Assembly (NCBI GenBank): GCA_965116875.1
Contig: OZ220733.1
Span: forward strand, 1,696,001-1,760,000
Reading direction: 5' to 3'
DNA: 64,000 nt
From: Candidatus Latescibacterota bacterium
Lineage (GTDB): Bacteria; Latescibacterota; UBA2968; GCA-2709665
Below are positions 1-9,195 of the stretch, piece by piece. Position 1 is the first letter of the stretch; every line of letters starts with the position of its first letter. The notes beneath the pieces were generated by a model. It was not told where the DNA came from and did no database searches. It saw only the letters and a program-made list of their open reading frames with translations. A program made the position numbers and the translations under genes.

Positions 1-581
1 TCGGAATAGCTCACAGCGGCAATGTCCACCTCCGGGTAATGATAGTGCCCGCTCACCTGCAGGCGCAGGCCTTTCCAGAATCCGTAGCTGCTCACCCGCG
101 CGTACTCCAACCCCGAATGATGGTTATTGCTGTGGCAGATCCGGCTGGGCACCACCATCCTGCCGCCCGGCATTTGAATCATCGTGTCGTAATACGGTCC
201 TCCGAGCAGATTCATCGGCCACTGTCCGGACCAGGACCTGCCCTCGTCGTCCGACACGGACAGGTAGAACGGATTCCAGTTGAACATCTCGGACCCGCGA
301 TTGATATTCCTGCCACCGAGGTGCGAGAGGGCAAGCCTGCCCGACTGCAACCGGATGCAGGACAGGCAGGAGGTCTCTCCCATGGAATCCCAGTCGGGCG
401 CTTCCGCTCTTTCCCAGGTCCGCCCCGAGTCTCCGGACCGGTAACACCGGCGGCCTGCGATCATCAGAAGACCGTCCCGCACCTCCACAACGGCCGTCGC
501 GCTTCCGGCGCCCACACCGATATGCTCAATAACGCCGTCGGGGACCGGCTTTCGAAATACCGGCCTTTCTGAATCGGTCAT
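1..581 (-). CDS. BNR/Asp-box (sialidase-family) beta-propeller protein, 3' end runs off the window
   Basis: Not in the ORF track; translated by hand from the ATG at 581 (RBS GGAGG upstream): MTDSERPVF...YRSGDSGRTW...SVSDDEGRSW...AVSYS, with repeated Asp-box SxDxGxxW motifs. Confidence 0.8.
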   Translation of the reverse strand, partial: MTDSERPVFRKPVPDGVIEHIGVGAGSATAVVEVRDGLLMIAGRRCYRSGDSGRTWERAEAPDWDSMGETSCLSCIRLQSGRLALSHLGGRNINRGSEMFNWNPFYLSVSDDEGRSWSGQWPMNLLGGPYYDTMIQMPGGRMVVPSRICHSNNHHSGLEYARVSSYGFWKGLRLQVSGHYHYPEVDIAAVSYS

Positions 582-685
582 GCCAGTGTCCTCCATATCC
601 CGTTACGCGAATGTCGTCGCTCACATTCCTGGCAATGTGGTCGGCATCCCGATCCCGATGAGTACTCACGGCGCAGGCGCCATCC

Positions 686-2068
686 TCACTGAAAGCGTAT
701 GGCGTAGAGGTCGGCCTCCTTCATCGCCGCGCGAAGGCGCACCGGCCTCCCGGCCAGCGCGGATACGTCCGAGCCGCTGTCCCAGCTGACCGTCCGCGCA
801 ATCTCGTCTCCATAAATCTCGGCGCTTTCGGACAACGAGCGGCCCTCGATGGGCCTGCCCTGCTCGTCCTGCAACTCGAACCGGATTTCGCCGGCCACCG
901 ACGTCGAATAGTTGATGACCAGCTCACTGCCGGCGAAAGTGAAGGGCCTGGTTACGATTTCGCCGCCTTCGAAGGGTGCGTTGACGGAGACGAAACCGTC
1001 GGTCCGAAGGACGCCTCGACGGAGCCGGCACGTCGGGTTCCGGTAGTTCTCCACGTAGTAGATCGAGATTTCCCCGGCCCCGGTGGGCACAACACCCACG
1101 CCGGCGGCCATATTCCGCTCATTCCAGTTCCTCGTGTCAAGGCCCGGACGGATGAACGGACCCATGAACCGGCGGTCCCACCGGATCCCGTCCCGGCTGG
1201 ACATGAAGACCCCCTCGGACAGGCCGTCGGACACCCAGTCCCTGTGGAACTTCCGGCCAAGCCGAAGCCGCTTGGGGAACATCAGGTAGACGTGGGGAGC
1301 GCGGAAGTACTGGGTCGCCGCGTTGGTGTACAGGTGCTCCTTTTGCCTTCCTCCCATGTCGATCAGCTCCGGCACGGTCCAGTCCAGGAAGTCGTCCGAC
1401 TCGGCCCGCCGAATCGACCGGTATACGCCACCCTGAGCGGGGCCCCCGCCACCCTCGCGACCGGGCGTGAAGCCCCTCAGGTAGCTGACGTACTTGCGAA
1501 TATTGACGTCCCAGAATGCCACGTTCGGTGAGTCGAAGCTGGGATGGCCGTCGGGTGGCGCATGCAGGATCGGTCTGTCCCGGATCAGCTCCCAATGGAT
1601 GCCGTCGGGCGAACCGTAGCCGTAAATCGTACTGCGCCGGTCCAGTTTTTCGCCCCTCAGGAAGCCCTTGTACCGCTGCGAGTCCGGCGCGGCCGGATTG
1701 GGATCCTTGAAGACGCAGGCGTTCCAGTGCGTGGCCTCCATCACGATGTTGTTCTCCTTCGAGCCCTCGAACTCGTGGAGCCCGAGAGTTGGACGCTCGA
1801 AATGGAGGCCATCGGGGCTTTCGGCGTAACAGGTCGTCCGGTTCGTTCCGTCAGGACCGGTGGCGCGGTACCAGAGGCGGTAGCGCCCTTCGTCCAGGAT
1901 GACGTTGGCGGCCCACGACGTCTCCCCTTCCCAGCGCCGGTCGAATTCGAGGACGACCTCGGCCGGCGCGGGAGGATGGAGCTTGAGGCTCGTGTTCGTC
2001 ATCGTGTCGATCAGCCAGTCGTCGACGAATAGCTCGAGCCTGGAGCCTATGTTTCTGATGTCGGCCAT
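686..2068 (-). CDS. GH32/GH43-like beta-propeller hypothetical protein
   Basis: 460 aa; repeated YAESPDGLHF, YGSPDGIHW, SDDFLDW, SRDGIRW blades; C-terminal beta-sandwich LRTDGFVSV...ADLYAIRF. Confidence 0.7.
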   Translation of the reverse strand: MADIRNIGSRLELFVDDWLIDTMTNTSLKLHPPAPAEVVLEFDRRWEGETSWAANVILDEGRYRLWYRATGPDGTNRTTCYAESPDGLHFERPTLGLHEFEGSKENNIVMEATHWNACVFKDPNPAAPDSQRYKGFLRGEKLDRRSTIYGYGSPDGIHWELIRDRPILHAPPDGHPSFDSPNVAFWDVNIRKYVSYLRGFTPGREGGGGPAQGGVYRSIRRAESDDFLDWTVPELIDMGGRQKEHLYTNAATQYFRAPHVYLMFPKRLRLGRKFHRDWVSDGLSEGVFMSSRDGIRWDRRFMGPFIRPGLDTRNWNERNMAAGVGVVPTGAGEISIYYVENYRNPTCRLRRGVLRTDGFVSVNAPFEGGEIVTRPFTFAGSELVINYSTSVAGEIRFELQDEQGRPIEGRSLSESAEIYGDEIARTVSWDSGSDVSALAGRPVRLRAAMKEADLYAIRFQ

Positions 2069-2097
2069 GGTTCATTCCCCTGTCCCGCCGCTGATGG

Positions 2098-3321
2098 CTA
2101 ATTCCAATCAACCGGCGATTCCAGCATACCCAGCACGGCCCTTCTGACGCGGTCCAGGCCCAGCATCACCGTCCAGCGCCGAACCAGGTCCGAGTCTTCG
2201 AAGCGTCGCCCCTCCTCGTTCGTCTTCACATCCCCCGGTCCACGAACGGCGATTGCCGTCGATCTTCCCTCGAAAGGGCCGATCATCGCCAGCCCCACGC
2301 CGCCTTCCGGCGCAATCCGGTCTGCCAGAAGTCCCGCCAGCGTCCGCTCATCGTCGCCTTGCCGCAATTCGCCGCGTGCGGCCTCTACCGCCTGATCGGC
2401 CCGGCTCCCGTGCAAGGCGGAGACCAGGACGCTCTCGAATCCCGCTTCGTTCAATTCCCGCGACAGTTGTCCCCCGGTCAGCGTATCCACCAGGCCCAGC
2501 TTCAATTCCCGCTTTGACAGCAACCCGCCTACGACCCCGGCCACGGTCTCTTTGTCTACACCGTAAACGGCCACACCCAGCCGTTCCCGGAGCTCGGACT
2601 CCATGCCGGCAATCAGCGCTTCGGCGTCCGCCTTCGAATCGGCCCGGGCTGTTATGCGAACGTCCGTTTGTCCCGCGTGTGCTGCCAGACCAACCGTCGG
2701 GTTCGACGAAGTCATCAGGTCTCCGATGCCACGATCGATATTGCTTTCGCCAACCGCGCACGTCCGAAGTACCCGTACGTGGATGACCTTCACCCCGCCC
2801 ATCCTCTCGACGAGCAGCGGCACGACGGTATGCTCCATCATGTGCGCCAGTTCCCGGGGCACTCCGGGCAGACAGATGATGAATCCCCGTTCTCCGGTGT
2901 CCTCACTCAGAAAACACGGCGCGGTCCCGACGGGGTTCTCCAAAGGAAGCGCCCCCTCCGGCAGGTACGCCTGCCTTCTGTTGTTTGCGGCCATCTTTCG
3001 CCCGAAGTTGCGGAAGCGCGCCGCGATCTGTCGTTCCAACTCCTCGCTGTAGATCAGCTTCCGCCCGGTAGCGCGCGCAATCGCCTGCCGGGTCACGTCG
3101 TCCACGGTGGGCCCGATGCCCCCTGACGTGATTACCGCGTCGGACCGATCCAGCGCGAGATTGAGTACCTCTGCGATGCGTTCCTCGTTATCTCCAACCG
3201 TGGTCTTGTAATAGAGGTCTATCCCGACGTTCCGGAGCGCAACCGCCAGCAGATTCGCGTTGGTGTCGACGATTTCCCCCAGCAGAAGCTCGGTTCCGAT
3301 CATGACGATTTCTGCGCGCAA
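2098..3321 (-). CDS. cinA: CinA-family competence/damage-inducible protein (molybdopterin-binding-like N-domain, degenerate PncC-like C-domain)
   Basis: AEIVMIGTELLLGEIVDTN, TVGDN, SGGIGPTVDDVT, LENPVGTAP, LPGVPREL motifs; likely TTG start at 3321 after a GAGGGGAG RBS. Confidence 0.85.
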   Translation of the reverse strand: MRAEIVMIGTELLLGEIVDTNANLLAVALRNVGIDLYYKTTVGDNEERIAEVLNLALDRSDAVITSGGIGPTVDDVTRQAIARATGRKLIYSEELERQIAARFRNFGRKMAANNRRQAYLPEGALPLENPVGTAPCFLSEDTGERGFIICLPGVPRELAHMMEHTVVPLLVERMGGVKVIHVRVLRTCAVGESNIDRGIGDLMTSSNPTVGLAAHAGQTDVRITARADSKADAEALIAGMESELRERLGVAVYGVDKETVAGVVGGLLSKRELKLGLVDTLTGGQLSRELNEAGFESVLVSALHGSRADQAVEAARGELRQGDDERTLAGLLADRIAPEGGVGLAMIGPFEGRSTAIAVRGPGDVKTNEEGRRFEDSDLVRRWTVMLGLDRVRRAVLGMLESPVDWN

Positions 3322-3359
3322 ATCTCTCCCCTCACCTGTCTCATGTCTTCCCGATTTTG

Positions 3360-3389
3360 GCTGACAGCTGACGGCTGATAGCTGGTAGC
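3360..3389. repeat. Heptamer (GCTGACA/GCTGATA-type) simple repeat; related tracts at ~27458-27488, 40925-40951, 55762-55780, 57868-57900
   Basis: gctgacagctgacggctgatagctggtagc, 7-bp periodicity, intergenic. Confidence 0.7.
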
Positions 3390-3395
3390 CACATT

Positions 3396-4979
3396 TCACC
3401 GAAAAACCGGCGCGGCGGCGGGTTCAATCGCCACGTTCACGCACGCGGGAAGGCCGGACGCCACCGCTTCGTTCAGCGCGGCCGGAATATCCTCCGCCCG
3501 GTCCACAAAGGCGCCGTATCCGCCCAGCGCCTCCGCCACCCGATCGTACCTCGTCCCGAGCAGATCGCACCCGACGGTTCGATCGGACCCGTAGGTTTCG
3601 ACCTGGAGTACGTGCTCGGCATTCCACCTTGCGTCGTTTCCGACGATAACAACCACCGGCAGTCCATAGCGCAGCGCCGTATCCAGTTCCATCCCATGGT
3701 AACCGAATGTCCCGTCCCCCAGCAATACGAACACGGCCCGGTCCGGATAGGCCAGCTTTGCCGCCAGACCCATCGGCAACGCGCTCCCGATTGAGCCGGA
3801 GGGCCCGTTGATCAACCTGATCTCCGCCGCGAGACCCGCCTGCGCCCACTGCCCGAACTCCCCTCCATCGCTCACGAAAATCGCCCCGTCGTCCAGGAAC
3901 GGCTGCACTGCATCACAGACCCCCAGCGGATGCACGGGACTGGCGGCCGGACGCAACAGACCGTCCCAGTCCGCCGGGGTGGCGACACGCAATCTGTTCA
4001 CGTCCAACCGCCACGACCCGGAATTCCAGGACCGTTCGCGCGCCATTCCCGCAAGCCGCCGGGTGGCTTCCCACGGGTCCGCGCACAGCCGCAACGCCGC
4101 ACCGTCCCTCAACTCGTTCCGCTCCGCGTCGATCTGAATGAACCCTCGCTCTTCGGAAAAAAACGGGGGCTGGCCGAAGCGCAGCGAAAAATCGAGCTTC
4201 TTGCCGAGTAGAAGCACAACGTCGGCACTGGCCAGACACATGACCGCCCGGCGCAGCGCCGGATCGTTCACGCCGCGCGGGCTTTCCATCGGCAGCGCCG
4301 GAATCCCCGTTGCGGCCGCAAGCGCTTCCACGGCCCCCCAGCGCTGACCCCGACCCATCGCGGGTCCGGCCAGGATCAGCGGCCGGTCCGCCTTGTTCAG
4401 CATCGCCAGCACGGCGTCCAGGTCCTCTTCGGCCGCCTCCGCCGCACGTCTCGAACCGGTCCCCGGAATCTGCCGCGCGGATGCCTCCAGAACGTCCGAG
4501 GGCAGGCTCAAATGCACGGGGCCGGGCCGGCCGGATACCGCCTGTTCCAGCGCCCTGGACAGGTCGCCCTCCAGGTCTTCGCTTCTCTCCACCCGCCAGG
4601 ATGCCTTTGCCACGGGCCGCGCGGCGGCTGCCTGATCGATCTCCTGGAACGCGCCCCGCCCGATTTGCGCCTCCGGACAGTGACCGCTCAGCATCAACAG
4701 CGGCGATTCCGCCATCAACGCCACGTAGAGCGCCGTCAGCCCGTTGCAGTGTCCGGGCCCCGCGGTCAGCAGCGCGACACCTGGCGCCTCGGTCAACCTG
4801 CCCCAGCCATCGGCCATATGGACGGCCGCGGCTTCGTGGCGGGTGTGGATCAGTTCAATGTCCCGCCCGATGGTGGCATCGTAGACCGAAAGGATCTGAT
4901 TGCCCGAGAGCGAAAACAGATGCTTTACCCCGGCCGCGATCAACCCTTCGGCCAGCACGTCCGCACCTGTCAGTGACAT
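3396..4979 (-). CDS. Thiamine pyrophosphate-dependent enzyme (acetolactate synthase / 2-hydroxyacyl-CoA lyase-like)
   Basis: RHEAAAVHMADGWGR, TAGPG, GAFQEIDQ, TPP-binding GDGTFG...GNDARW motif. Confidence 0.88.
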   Translation of the reverse strand: MSLTGADVLAEGLIAAGVKHLFSLSGNQILSVYDATIGRDIELIHTRHEAAAVHMADGWGRLTEAPGVALLTAGPGHCNGLTALYVALMAESPLLMLSGHCPEAQIGRGAFQEIDQAAAARPVAKASWRVERSEDLEGDLSRALEQAVSGRPGPVHLSLPSDVLEASARQIPGTGSRRAAEAAEEDLDAVLAMLNKADRPLILAGPAMGRGQRWGAVEALAAATGIPALPMESPRGVNDPALRRAVMCLASADVVLLLGKKLDFSLRFGQPPFFSEERGFIQIDAERNELRDGAALRLCADPWEATRRLAGMARERSWNSGSWRLDVNRLRVATPADWDGLLRPAASPVHPLGVCDAVQPFLDDGAIFVSDGGEFGQWAQAGLAAEIRLINGPSGSIGSALPMGLAAKLAYPDRAVFVLLGDGTFGYHGMELDTALRYGLPVVVIVGNDARWNAEHVLQVETYGSDRTVGCDLLGTRYDRVAEALGGYGAFVDRAEDIPAALNEAVASGLPACVNVAIEPAAAPVFR

Positions 4980-5028
4980 GGGATGCTTCCTTCCTGTATC
5001 TTCGATATCGGCGCGCGGAGCGTACGAT

Positions 5029-6243
5029 CTACATCGCAGACACCCTGTCGAACCTGCCTCTCACCAGCGCCTTCATCTCGCTCGCCCTGCGGAATGTTTC
5101 CGTGACTTCCTCTTTCAGCTCCTCCGGCTGGTAGACTTTCCCCTTGCGCACGGTCAACACCGGCGTAATCATCCGCGAGCCCATCTCCTGGTTGTCGCCC
5201 ACGTCCCTGAACTCGAACGCGCCGTCCCGCACTTCGAACGCCGCCAGGTCCGCCACGGTCCCGACCTTCAAGGTCCCCAGTTCCTCCTCCCGTCCAATCG
5301 CCGCGGCCGGCGCGGCCGTTGTCTGGTAGACGACTTCCGGCAACTCCATTCCCAGGTTCAGCATCTTGGAGGCCGTTTCGGGCAGACTGTACACCGGATC
5401 GTTTAAACAGAGCACGTGCAGGTCCGTGCTGATCACGTCCGAAGGAAAACCCTGCGCCAGCGCCTTCTTGGCAACCTCGAACAGGAAACTTCCGCCACCG
5501 TGGCCGAGGTCGAACAGGACCCCCCGTTCCCTCGCCGCCCACACCTCCGGTATTACCCGTCCCTCCGTGCCGAGGATCGTATCGCCGCCGCCGTGATAGC
5601 AGTGGGTGACGATATCGCCGGGGCGAACCTCGCCAAGGACGTCCGGCAGAGGAACGCCGGATCCGGCGTGCACCATCACCTTCGAATTCGAAAGCTCCGC
5701 GGCCTTTACCGCGAGTTTCAGGGGCGCAACCCCGTTGTCCCCCACCTGATGGCTTCCCTCGCGCACCTTTACGCCCACGCAGAGTTCCGGCCATCGATCG
5801 ATGATGTACGCCGTACGTTCCGGGTCCGCGTACCTCAAGTCCAGCATCTCACCCACGGGTCCGCAGGTCAACCCGATTCCGCTGATGTGTACGAACGTAA
5901 GTACCTGCGTCCGCGCCGGGGCCGCGACGTAATCGTGGAATCCCATGAAATTCGCCCAACCCGGGCTGCCCGCGTCCACGACCGTCGTGACCCCGGTCGC
6001 CAGGCACAGCGCATCCCCCTGGATCCCCCAGGTGGTCGCCCCCGCGTAGATGTGGGTGTGAATATCCACCCAGCCCGGCGTCAGAATCCTTCCTCCCAGA
6101 TCCACCGTTTCTCTGGCCGGCTCCGCGATTTCCTTCTCCACCGCGGCGATTTTTTCACCTTTCACCGCGACGTCGTACGCCCCGTTCAACCCCAGGGCGC
6201 CGTCAATCACGGCGGCGCCCTTCAGCACCAGATCATAGGTCAT
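5029..6243 (-). CDS. Amidohydrolase/deacetylase-family metallohydrolase (dihydroorotase-like)
   Basis: PGWVDIHTH, GVTTVVDAGS, THCYHG, DLGHGGGSF, ISTDLH, GTLKVGTVADL. Confidence 0.88.
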   Translation of the reverse strand: MTYDLVLKGAAVIDGALGLNGAYDVAVKGEKIAAVEKEIAEPARETVDLGGRILTPGWVDIHTHIYAGATTWGIQGDALCLATGVTTVVDAGSPGWANFMGFHDYVAAPARTQVLTFVHISGIGLTCGPVGEMLDLRYADPERTAYIIDRWPELCVGVKVREGSHQVGDNGVAPLKLAVKAAELSNSKVMVHAGSGVPLPDVLGEVRPGDIVTHCYHGGGDTILGTEGRVIPEVWAARERGVLFDLGHGGGSFLFEVAKKALAQGFPSDVISTDLHVLCLNDPVYSLPETASKMLNLGMELPEVVYQTTAAPAAAIGREEELGTLKVGTVADLAAFEVRDGAFEFRDVGDNQEMGSRMITPVLTVRKGKVYQPEELKEEVTETFRRASEMKALVRGRFDRVSAM

Positions 6244-6270
6244 ATTCCTGGTTCTCCGCTTCCCGGCTCC

Positions 6271-6332
6271 AACAGTCCGTTGATAAAGTCGCTCTGCAGG
6301 CGAGGCCGGATGGGCTTTTTCAACGGGCTGTT
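6271..6332. mobile_element. Short MITE-like element; internally deleted copy of 52842-52978
   Basis: Terminal inverted repeats AACAGTCCGTTGATAAAG / CTTTTTCAACGGGCTGTT (16/18 match); overlaps the NUDIX stop codon. Confidence 0.65.
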
Positions 6333-6870
6333 AAACTTGAACGCGTTCTCGTTCGGCGCCTGCCCGGTTCAGATATTTTTGAAAGAACTCCTGTGGAGAC
6401 ATCCCGGACTCCAGAAATATCCGGCGCAGGTCCCTCCGGTTCACGCCGGCCTCCCGCGGCCAGATCCGGTCCTGCAGACAGACCGTCCCGCAGACGCCGT
6501 CCAGTGTATCGCCGATCCACCGGCGGTGCCACCAGACGAAGGGTTCCGGCAGTTGAGTGGCGCAAAAATAACCGGATTCGATTACCTCCTCCGGTTGGGG
6601 CGTAATTTCCCGGCTGAGAGGACGGGCCGCGAAGACAACGCTGTGGTTTCCACCTGAAAGCCACCGCGGACTTACGTAGATCCCCACAAGCCGCGTCAGT
6701 TCGATTTCAATCCCCGTTTCTTCCCTGACCTCCCGCACGGCCGTTTCCGCGACGGTCTCCCCGTCCTCCACATTCCCACCCGGCAACGCCCACGCTTCGC
6801 AGTCCAGCCTCTTGATCAGCAGCACCTTTTCCGCTGACGTGACAATCGCGCTCGCCCCGATCGTCGGCAT
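6331..6870 (-). CDS. NUDIX hydrolase
   Basis: Nudix box [25 protein letters not shown]. Confidence 0.92.
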   Translation of the reverse strand: MPTIGASAIVTSAEKVLLIKRLDCEAWALPGGNVEDGETVAETAVREVREETGIEIELTRLVGIYVSPRWLSGGNHSVVFAARPLSREITPQPEEVIESGYFCATQLPEPFVWWHRRWIGDTLDGVCGTVCLQDRIWPREAGVNRRDLRRIFLESGMSPQEFFQKYLNRAGAERERVQV

Positions 6871-6940
6871 ACTGTCTCCTTATAACACGCCACTCAAGAC
6901 ACTCCCTGACTCCACAGCCAACACAGGAGGCGTACTCCGG

Positions 6941-7732
6941 TCAATTCCTCCGGAAATGCGGATGTTGCATCACCTCGCGCTCCGCCTCGGTCATGTCCAG
7001 AATATAATCGGGATACGACACCGTATGCGCGCCCGCCCCGTACGCCTGGAATGAGGGACTGAACTTGTACAGCAGCGCCCGCCGCTGATGTTCGGCCGTC
7101 CACGGCAACGTCCCGTGGGTCAGCGTTTCGGTAAAAATCACCACGTCTCCGGCGCGGCCGTTGACCTCTACGACGTGTTCCTGGTATTTCTCACCCCGCG
7201 TCATCTCCCTCGGGCACGCCAGATTCGCCTTGTGGCTTCCCGGCACCACCGCGACTCCTCCTTCGCCCGGCCCCTCGTCCGCCAGCAGATACTCCACGAC
7301 AGTCAGCCCGCAGTAGATACGCCCGCTCTTGAAGAAATACGCCTCTGAAAGATCCGGACGTTCCACACCGCCCCCGTGCAGCGTGCCTCCCTCGCAGCCC
7401 TTGTCCATGGCAATCAGGCCGGGCCCGTGATCCAGCCGATATCCCTTGCCCAGAATCACGTTCAGATGAGGCATCACACGGGGATGCACGAGCATTGCCC
7501 TGAAGGGTTCGCACCACGGACGCTCCCACGCCAGCATTCCGCCCAGATCCATCCTGTTCGACGTGCCTCCGAGCGCCGGGGCGCCTATCGTGAGCGACCC
7601 ATCCCTCTCCCTGAGCTGATCGGCATGGCGATCGATCGCCTCATTGCAGCGGTCGACTTCCTCCTTCGTCAGGACGTCCCGGAGTACCAGGTACCCGTTC
7701 AGATCGAACAGATATTTTTCATCGTCTGTCAT
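6941..7732 (-). CDS. PhyH-family Fe(II)/2-oxoglutarate dioxygenase with non-canonical LHGG motif
   Basis: YLFDLNGYLVLRDVL, GGVAVVPGSHKAN, GDVVIFTETLTHGTLPW, RRALLYKFSP. Confidence 0.85.
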   Translation of the reverse strand: MTDDEKYLFDLNGYLVLRDVLTKEEVDRCNEAIDRHADQLRERDGSLTIGAPALGGTSNRMDLGGMLAWERPWCEPFRAMLVHPRVMPHLNVILGKGYRLDHGPGLIAMDKGCEGGTLHGGGVERPDLSEAYFFKSGRIYCGLTVVEYLLADEGPGEGGVAVVPGSHKANLACPREMTRGEKYQEHVVEVNGRAGDVVIFTETLTHGTLPWTAEHQRRALLYKFSPSFQAYGAGAHTVSYPDYILDMTEAEREVMQHPHFRRN

Positions 7733-7838
7733 CTCGTTCCTCCTTAACCTTGATTCATCGAAAAACCCGAACGTACATGGATAAACAGGATATGCAGGAT
7801 AAAAACCTGAAAGGATCGATGCGATTAAGCAGGATTAG

Positions 7839-7945
7839 CCTCAATTCGAAAAAACGACCGTTGATTTACCACAAAAAGCACAAAGGGCACAGAAGGTACC
7901 GGTGCTGAACGGGGCGTTGAGGCCGTTCAAATGGTTGAAATTTCC
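7839..7945. repeat. ~110-bp dispersed intergenic repeat, second copy at ~20701-20812
   Basis: Shared cctcaa-tcgaaaaaa...tttaccacaaaaagcacaaa-ggcacagaaggt...ttgagg-cgttca-atggt. Confidence 0.75.
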
Positions 7946-7983
7946 GTTCGCCTTCTACATCAGTCCATGCTCCTCCACTATCC

Positions 7984-8132
7984 GGAGCGAGGGCATCCTG
8001 CCCTCGAATTGCAGATGACTCGTCGATGTCCAAATCAAGGGCCGATTGCCTCCCTCCCATCCGAAGCCAAATCTGGAAGAACGGCGCCAGGGCCTCGCGA
8101 ATAGGCTTTCGAGGGCAGGATGCCCTCGCTCC
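7984..8132. repeat. REP-like inverted pair, family A (GGAGCGAGGGCATCCTGCCCTCG ... CGAGGGCAGGATGCCCTCGCTCC)
   Basis: 23-bp arms at 7984 and 8110; same family at 10784/10836, throughout 33759-40680, and at 58350. Confidence 0.85.
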
Positions 8133-8145
8133 GGAGAAAGGCGCT

Positions 8146-9195
8146 TTACCCAGTTACGACGTTCTGGCGATAGTCGCCGTGGGCAATCAACTCGGGCGCG
8201 TAGGCGAACAGAGCCGGGTTGCCTCCGGTATGCACGTATACCGCGGTCGATCCTGACGGAATTTCCCCCGTGCGGATCCGGTCGATCACCCCGGACATCG
8301 CCTTGCACGTATAAACCGGATCCAGCAGGATTCCCTCCGTCCTCGCCAGCAGGTGCAATGCGTCCAGTCCGGCTTCGGTGACAATCCCGTAGTTCTCGCC
8401 CACGTAGGCGTCCGTATTCTCCATTTCACCGGCAGTCATTCGAGCTTCCAGATTCATCAGCGCCGCGGTTTCGTTGGCCACTTCCGCAATCTGCGCGTTT
8501 CGCCTCGCGTTGTCTCCCCTGCTCGGTGAGAATCCCTGTGTGCGAACCGGCAGTCCCAGCGCCTTCACGCCCAATGCCAGACCCGCGTGCGTGCCGTGTC
8601 CGGATGCAGTGCAGATGAAATTCGTTTGCGCGTCCATCGCCTCGAGTTGCTTGACAATCTCCAGCAGGCAGCCGACGTACGCCACCGTACCCAATACCAC
8701 GGCCGGTCGCCCGATGATATAGGGTTTCTCTCCCTGCGCCCGCAGTTCCTCCGCCGCCCGGTTCTTCACCTCTTCCTGGTTCACGCCTTCCGCAACCAGC
8801 CTGACGTCAGCGCCAAAGATATTGTCCAGAAGCTGATTTCCCTGAATGCCCATCCGGCTTCGATTGTCGTGGCGGTTCACCAGCACGCACTTCATGCCCA
8901 GTTTCGCCGCGGCGGCCGCCGCCTGCCGCGCATGGTTCGACTGCGACGCCGCCCCCGTGATCAACGCCGTGGCCCCTTCCGCCAGCGCGTCGCCCAGGGC
9001 AAGCTCGAATTTTCGCGTCTTGTTTCCTCCAAAGGCGAGACCGGTCAGATCATCCCGTTTTATCAGTACCCTCACCTTCCCGCCCAGCGCTTCCGAAAAA
9101 CGCGGACAATCGTGCAGAGGCGTGGGCAGTTCCGCCAGCCCCGCTCCTGGAAAACCATCGATAGCGGCCTGCAATTCCTGAGCGCCTACGGCCAT
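8146..9195 (-). CDS. D-cysteine desulfhydrase / ACC deaminase-family PLP enzyme (desulfhydrase-type residues)
   Basis: IKRDDLTGLAFGGNKTRKFE, QSNHARQ, GILLDPVYTCKA, VHTGG. Confidence 0.88.
   Translation of the reverse strand: MAVGAQELQAAIDGFPGAGLAELPTPLHDCPRFSEALGGKVRVLIKRDDLTGLAFGGNKTRKFELALGDALAEGATALITGAASQSNHARQAAAAAAKLGMKCVLVNRHDNRSRMGIQGNQLLDNIFGADVRLVAEGVNQEEVKNRAAEELRAQGEKPYIIGRPAVVLGTVAYVGCLLEIVKQLEAMDAQTNFICTASGHGTHAGLALGVKALGLPVRTQGFSPSRGDNARRNAQIAEVANETAALMNLEARMTAGEMENTDAYVGENYGIVTEAGLDALHLLARTEGILLDPVYTCKAMSGVIDRIRTGEIPSGSTAVYVHTGGNPALFAYAPELIAHGDYRQNVVTG

Noticed and set aside
5416-6657. Long opposite-strand or alternate-frame ORFs (also 4310-5134, 32393-33496, 49216-50289, 52954-54201, 56869-57804)
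   Set aside because: They overlap well-supported genes and have Arg/Pro/Gly-rich shadow composition typical of GC-rich DNA
8146-9195. ACC deaminase (acdS)
   Set aside because: Has DPVYT and HTGG rather than the DPVYE and HLGG residues diagnostic of true ACC deaminases
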